DNA of 64,000 nucleotides from Candidatus Brocadiia bacterium. Its GTDB lineage: Bacteria > Planctomycetota > Brocadiia > SM23-32. Within the stretch, counting starts at the first letter, position 1, and the number at the start of each line of letters is the position of its first letter. The stretch covers positions 1-64,000 of the forward strand of contig JBKHIT010000020.1 of the NCBI GenBank assembly GCA_046538485.1, written 5' to 3'. Of the stretch, positions 59,074-64,000 are shown one piece after another. Both the position numbers and the translations under genes were made by a program. The notes beneath the pieces were generated by a model. The model made no database searches. It was not told the origin of the DNA and worked only from the letters and a program-made list of their open reading frames with translations.

Positions 59074-59505
59074 TTATTCTCCCCCACGTTCTCGCATGTA
59101 TTGCCCAACAGCTCTTTTAAAATCTTCCAGGTCAGAAAGTCGATCAAAATTCCCATACACTTCGTCCCAATCAACTTTCGCATATTCATGAACCAGCGCA
59201 TTTCGGAACCCGGCCAACGGTGCAAGGGTCCTCGCCAGGTCATCTGAAATCACGTCTAACTCGCCGAGCCGCAGGAAACTCTCATAGTAATCCTGAGGTT
59301 TCCTCGCCTCTTCCAACGAAATGATACGGTGGGCGATATCAATGCAACACTGCGCGGCAACCTCAAAATTGCGCTCGGCAATATCCCGCAAATCCCGAGT
59401 CGTGTCGAATTCCTCGCGCTCGTGTTGCGCAAGTTCCTGGAGTCTCGTCAGCCGTGTGTTAAGCTCGTCCAGGCGGTCTTCCAGTCCCTGAAATTCTGGA
59501 GTCAT
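59074..59505 (-). CDS. hepT: HepT / DUF86 HEPN ribonuclease toxin
   Basis: ERNFEVAAQCCIDIA and GFRNALVHEY (RX4HXY); ATGA overlap with the upstream MNT. Confidence 0.9.
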   Translation of the reverse strand: MTPEFQGLEDRLDELNTRLTRLQELAQHEREEFDTTRDLRDIAERNFEVAAQCCIDIAHRIISLEEARKPQDYYESFLRLGELDVISDDLARTLAPLAGFRNALVHEYAKVDWDEVYGNFDRLSDLEDFKRAVGQYMRERGGE

Positions 59506-59915
59506 CCCCGGGTCTCCTTCAAAATATCTTCTCTCTGTCGACGCAGGATCGGGAGGTAATCGCAGTATTTTGACATCAAATTGGCTTCAAAGTCGACCCG
59601 GGTAGCCCGGTCCTTTTCATAGACCAACTGGCCGCTGGCGATGACGTTATACGCAAGTGTCACCGGGGCTTCCCCGAGGACCACCACATCTACTTCCGTC
59701 GCATTCAGAACCTCAAGCAACTCATGCTGAATACGGTACCGGCAATCCGGCGCGGCGTCAGGAACCAACAATACCCCAAAATCATAGTCACTGGACGGAG
59801 CGGCATTTCCCTCTGCGCGGGACCCGAATAAATACGCCAGCGCGACCTCCGGGCAGTCGGCAAAATATCCACAAACTTCATTTTGCAACATCTGTTGATT
59901 TTTCTCACTCATCAT
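59502..59915 (-). CDS. mntA: MntA-type minimal nucleotidyltransferase antitoxin
   Basis: LAYLFGSRAEGNAAPSSDYDFGV (GSX10DXD), VDVVVL; start placed at MMSEK. Confidence 0.9.
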   Translation of the reverse strand: MMSEKNQQMLQNEVCGYFADCPEVALAYLFGSRAEGNAAPSSDYDFGVLLVPDAAPDCRYRIQHELLEVLNATEVDVVVLGEAPVTLAYNVIASGQLVYEKDRATRVDFEANLMSKYCDYLPILRRQREDILKETRG

Positions 59916-59954
59916 CGCACCAACGACGCAAAACCCTGATCTCACGTGAACATC

Positions 59955-60001
59955 ACGATACGTATCGTAAGTACCGTAACCCCGTGAAAGTGTAATGTCA
60001 A
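59955..60001 (-). promoter_or_regulatory. promoter and operator of the mntA-hepT operon
   Basis: Minus strand TTGACA (60001-59996)-N17-TACGGT; perfect 14-bp palindrome ACGATACGTATCGT at 59955-59968. Confidence 0.55.
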
Positions 60002-60247
60002 CGGCAGCCTCTCCGGAAGGAATTTGCGCTGTCGGTGTTTTCAGGGGCCGGCAGCCGGACATACCCCGAAAATCCCAACTCACTCTGCCCTCGGACGGGG
60101 CGCAAATTCCTTCATTTTCCTTTAGCCTGCCGACTGCCGTTCCAAAAGAGGCCCGTAGGGCCGAATGAGCGCTGGGATAACGGGACGTAAGAGAAAGAAT
60201 GCGGATCGCCTCGCCGCAGGCGAGCGCCGCAGAAGCGGCGACGGACT

Positions 60248-60363
60248 TCGTTCGTGCGATCCGCTCCATTACCGGCCCCTCGACCTCAACCCCGGACTCT
60301 CCTGCTCCGCGGGGTCGCCCGGGCTACTTCTGAGACGCCCGCGTTGCGGGCCCAACTACTACC
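60248..60363 (+). repeat. about 115-bp direct repeat, right of the MNT-HepT module
   Basis: Copy of 58727-58837 with a small insertion. Confidence 0.85.
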
Positions 60364-60524
60364 GGGCCGTTGGCGCCACTTGAAGGACTGAAAGCCTGGC
60401 ACATATTGGTACGTACGAGGGAGCCTGAACGGCTGAAATCTTCTTATTAATACCCTGGTTGGCGGTTGAACGACAATAACCAGCCCGGCATGAATCCCCC
60501 AAGGTCTGGTGTTCTGCGCAAAAC

Positions 60525-61025
60525 TTACGGCGCAATATACGATTCGATAGGAGAGGTCCCGCAGACCGTAATCTTCAGCCCGCCCTGCCGTATCGCATAG
60601 GGGCTTTCGACGAACGGGCATACCAGCAGATTGCGTCCATCGGGATAATGTTCGCGAAAGACGGAGAGGGATTGGGGGTTGAACGCGTCGGGATTGATTT
60701 TGGCTTCGATGGTATGTATCCCGTTCGCGCCTTGATCGACGACAAAATCTATTTCTCGCTGACTTTTGTCCCGCCAGTAATGTAACGATCGTCGCGGAGA
60801 GGCACCGCGCATTTCATCCAGAACGAGATGCTCCCACAAATGTCCTCTGTCGGTTTCGCGAACAGTTTCCCAGCCCCCCACGTGGGCGACGATTCCCGTA
60901 TCGAATGCGTAGACCCGGCGTTGTCGCGTAATTTCGCGGTGTCCTCCCCCATGGAAAGGGGCCAGTCTGAAGATAGCGTTGCTGATTTCCATCGCATCGA
61001 GGTAGGAATGGACGGTGGGGTGGCT
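60525..61025 (-). pseudogene. DUF4143 (AAA_14 ATPase C-terminal) fragment lacking its N-terminal ATPase domain
   Basis: PTVHSYLDAME, RVYAFDTG, GHLWEHLV, LHYWRDKSQREIDFV, IEAK; no Walker A region upstream. Confidence 0.8.
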
Positions 61026-61093
61026 GGTTTCTGGTGAACCGAGTCTGCTCCGCCGCAGAGGTCCCTTACGTCCCTTGCCGTTCGCCATTCCCA

Positions 61094-61435
61094 CTAACGC
61101 ATTTGTCGGTTCAATATCTCAACAACCCCCGAGATGACTTCGTTTGTCATTGGTTTGCTGAGTCGTCCAACGGTCCGGGCTACTATCGTTACATTCGCCG
61201 AGAACAGTTTTCCTGGTCGGACGTAGCTGGTTCTTCGGAGCGAGCCAGATTCAAAATCGTCATCTGTGATTTCTATAGCATTCGGGTCAGAGTACGGATT
61301 ACTGGTCACTTGAGACAGAATCCAATCTTGATGCCCGACCTCGGCAAGCACAATTGCGGGACGAAGTTTGCTATCCGAAAGATCCGAAAAAGGGAATTTG
61401 ACCAAAACGGCATTTCCTACTGAAGGTGAGCCCAT
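61094..61435 (-). CDS. PemK/MazF family toxin
   Basis: VLVKFPFSDLSDSKLRPAIVL...QVTS. Confidence 0.9.
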   Translation of the reverse strand: MGSPSVGNAVLVKFPFSDLSDSKLRPAIVLAEVGHQDWILSQVTSNPYSDPNAIEITDDDFESGSLRRTSYVRPGKLFSANVTIVARTVGRLSKPMTNEVISGVVEILNRQMR

Positions 61436-61629
61436 GCTTCTTCCTCCTCGGGTCGTTCCCAGTCACGCGCAAGCGTTTTCTCACTCAAGAGCGCCGTTTC
61501 GGGTATTTCGGGTCCATCCTCATCGATAATGGTAACAATGGCGTGACAGGGATGATCGAGCTTAAGCGGTTCCAGTAATTTCACGCGCCCGTTTGTATCG
61601 ATTTCAGCTTCTACTGTTTTTAACATCAT
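61417..61629 (-). CDS. cognate antitoxin candidate
   Basis: Small ORF overlapping the toxin start; ETALLSEKTLARDWERPEEEEAW tail typical of PemK-linked partners; AAGGA RBS. Confidence 0.75.
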   Translation of the reverse strand: MMLKTVEAEIDTNGRVKLLEPLKLDHPCHAIVTIIDEDGPEIPETALLSEKTLARDWERPEEEEAWAHLQ

Positions 61630-61869
61630 CACAATTCCTTTCATTACCCACTCGACAGGCGACAACCGCCTTAATTATCATCGATCCTGGACATAATTTT
61701 GTCAAGGATATCCCAGGCGCGCAAAGAATTTGTGCTATGAGGTCGATTGCTGGTTTCTGGTGGCTGGTGAACTCATAACAAACTGGAGCTGGTTACTGGA
61801 TGCTGGTGGCTTGATTTCGGAGTGCGGTGGCTTGTCACCGCCTTGCCGTTGTCCGTACCGCCGCGACGC

Positions 61870-62235
61870 AAACAGCCCCTGAAAGGGGCACCTGAGAGCA
61901 TAGCCCCCGGCGACCAACGGGAGTCGGGGGATTAGTAGGTCGCCAGCACATCCCCGCCCCCGGGGCGGCTCAGCGCGGGAATGCAAAAATATTATTTGCT
62001 CTACGAGATTCTCTCAAGCGCCCCTTCGGGACGCGTTCTCTTTGCTCCCATCCTCGACCCCGAACTCCGGCGGCTGACGCCGCCTCCGCACGGGGCTACA
62101 CTCTGAGACGCTCCCTCGGAGCGTCAAACAGCCCCTGGAAGGGGCACCTGAGAGCGTAGCCCCCGGCGATTCCGCGGGAGTCGGGGGATTGGTGGGGCAC
62201 TCTCAAATCTCCGCCCCGACGGGGGCGGCTGAGAT
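61870..62235. repeat. clustered REP/MITE-like palindromes (family C)
   Basis: AAACAGCCCCTG.AAGGGGCACCTGAGAGC.TAGCCCCCGGCGA direct copies at 61870 and 62126, with an opposite-orientation unit at about 62018-62125. Confidence 0.8.
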
Positions 62236-62514
62236 ATCATCTTGCGGCACCTGGACGTGTCGGCTGCTTCCCAACGGTAACCCGGGGCTCGTCCGGCCAA
62301 ACACCGGCCTCATTTCGCCCCGGGCTTACCGACTGCACCAGCGCTAAACGCACATACAGGCATCTTACCTGTCAACGGTTCAGTTGCGCGGGACTCCAGC
62401 GTTCCCAGGATAGGGAACGGGATCCGGGGTGGCTCAATCCAGCATTCTGTTCCGAAGGAAAATTAAGGACTTTGCGCCCGGTCCGAGGGCAGAGTCAGCC
62501 GGGATTTTTGGGGA

Positions 62515-62643
62515 ATGGTCGGTTTCCGTAATGTGCTTGTGCACGATTATGTCGACCTGAATCGCAGACGAGTTTATGAGGTGCTTCAGCACAATCTGGC
62601 CGATTTGATGGAGATAAAAAAAGCTCTGGCAGAGATGTTGTAG
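62515..62643 (+). pseudogene. C-terminal fragment of a second HepT/DUF86 toxin
   Basis: MVGFRNVLVHDYVDLNRRRVYEVLQHNLADLMEIKKALAEML*; no N-terminal half or MNT partner seen. Confidence 0.8.
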
Positions 62644-62815
62644 CCATTTCTCTCAGCGAGCGGAGGGACAAGCTGAAAGGTGTGTACGGAGCAGAAGACT
62701 TTTTTTGGTTTTTAGTGCTGGTGGTTTAAGTTTGGGGACCCGGTGGCTCGCCACCGCTTTCACTGCCGTTTGTCGTATTTGTCTTTTACCCTTGCCGTCG
62801 CTGCCCTCTGTACTT

Positions 62816-64000
62816 CTAATCTTTGTCCGTCTGCCGTTTCCGCCGTATCTTTTCTATCATGCACCACATGCCGTAGCCTGCAAAGACGGATATTAACGGT
62901 GCCACAGGCACCCGGAAACGGGGGTGCGCCGCCGCACCGGGGAGCACCAGAAAGTAGAACAACAAAAGACCGAGAAATACGATAAAAATTCGGTCAGATT
63001 CTCGGATCAGACCTGCAATCGCGCCTGTCAAGCCCAGAACATAGGACACTCCCAGCAGAATTATCAGGGGAAGCGCCAGCACGAGCCAGCCCCATTTGCC
63101 GCCGAAATAGTTCCTAATCGCTGCGAGCAATCCGCGGGTTCTCAGGACATGAAGCGTCCCGGATCCTCCGATCTCGACTCCCCATGCGCGGAACAGATCG
63201 CCCGCCGCCGGAAGCAGATTCGTCGGCACAGTTTTCAGATGCAACCAGGCATACTGGATCGGATACTGAAGGATAACCTTCCGCCCTTTTCGCATGGCAT
63301 ACCGGGCGGTCTGGGCCTGGGTTTCGCGAAGTGCAAGCTCCCGGTCAATCCCCTCTTGCACTTTTCCGAACGTCTCCTTTTTCCTGCGGGAGATCAGGGC
63401 TGCCGCATTATAACGGTACAGGTTAATCGCGCCCACGCTGCTGAAATGGAGATAATCCGCCCTCGTAGCGTTTCTCAGATACCACGGAAGGATCGTCAGG
63501 AGGGTTGCGGCGGCAAAAATTGCGGCCGTGCGCCATTGTTTCCTGGTGCACAACAGCAGGACCGGCAGGAAAGCAATTGGGAGAATGATCGCGCGCAGAT
63601 AGGCCAACGCCCCCATCAGAATGCCCCCCATCGTGGCGGGCGCGGCATTCTCTCCGGACATCCGTGAGTCATAAATATCGTAGAGAAGATTCAACTGCGC
63701 CAAAAATACCAGGGTGAACAGTGTCTCGGACAGCACGCGGCAACTGTAAACGATCGAAACGACACTGACGGATTGGAAGGCGGCCGCGGGGATTGCGTAT
63801 TTTCTCCCGAAAAGCCGGTGTGCCAGGCGCCACACCAGCGCGCAGACCGCAACCCCCATCACGACCTGCAGCAGACAGACAAAGGCCGGATTTTTGCTGA
63901 TCGCAAAGGTCAGGGACAAAAAGAGAGGGTAACCGGGGACGCGAAAGATTTCCGGCTGCTGTTCTGTTCCGTAACGACCCGTTTCCAGCAGGTTTTCCCC
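62816..64000 (-). CDS. GT-C fold (ArnT/PMT_2-like) membrane glycosyltransferase, 5' end outside the window
   Basis: Frame open to the window edge (…FRVPGYPLFL…); VLSETL, PWYLRN, PRFRVP motifs; many TM helices. Confidence 0.8.
   Translation of the reverse strand, partial: GENLLETGRYGTEQQPEIFRVPGYPLFLSLTFAISKNPAFVCLLQVVMGVAVCALVWRLAHRLFGRKYAIPAAAFQSVSVVSIVYSCRVLSETLFTLVFLAQLNLLYDIYDSRMSGENAAPATMGGILMGALAYLRAIILPIAFLPVLLLCTRKQWRTAAIFAAATLLTILPWYLRNATRADYLHFSSVGAINLYRYNAAALISRRKKETFGKVQEGIDRELALRETQAQTARYAMRKGRKVILQYPIQYAWLHLKTVPTNLLPAAGDLFRAWGVEIGGSGTLHVLRTRGLLAAIRNYFGGKWGWLVLALPLIILLGVSYVLGLTGAIAGLIRESDRIFIVFLGLLLFYFLVLPGAAAHPRFRVPVAPLISVFAGYGMWCMIEKIRRKRQTDKD

Noticed and set aside
59916..60269. 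N-terminal extension of the MNT ORF given by the ORF track
   Set aside because: Runs through the promoter and into repeat DNA; the MNT domain begins near 59915
58700..62350. Classical integron attC array
   Set aside because: I could not place RYYYAAC...GTTRRRY boxes right after the stop codons and no intI is in the window; not formally excluded without IntegronFinder

Overview
GC-rich bacterial chromosomal window, most likely from a PVC-superphylum organism (Planctomycetota-like, inferred from five DUF1559-type prepilin genes and a planctomycete-style Ser/Thr kinase). Four parts: (1) 1-5.9 kb: YesU-like gene, OmpH/Skp, small lipoprotein, IS66 remnant, a chromate-transporter pair whose first subunit is fused to a PTS EIIA domain, and a truncated arsC. 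(2) 6-43 kb: a large polysaccharide-utilisation-like island. Prepilin (DUF1559/H-X9-DG) genes alternate with very large secreted lyase/hydrolase-like proteins, a GntR-LacI regulator sits at its head, and no SusCD/TonB or ABC transporter is visible. Two of the five pilin genes are frameshifted, one by an exact 7-bp tandem duplication. (3) 43-55 kb: kinase, ARPP-1 + VIT-vWA pair, ferritin-like gene, an unannotated 44-aa Cys/His-rich peptide, pfkA, DHH-like, zinc metallopeptidase and GH42 genes. (4) 55-64 kb: a glycosylation locus whose intergenic spaces hold toxin-antitoxin cassettes, gene fragments, REP/MITE-like palindromes and 7-/9-mer tandem repeats. No rRNA, tRNA or CRISPR array was seen. 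All family calls come from motif recognition by eye, not from database searches.
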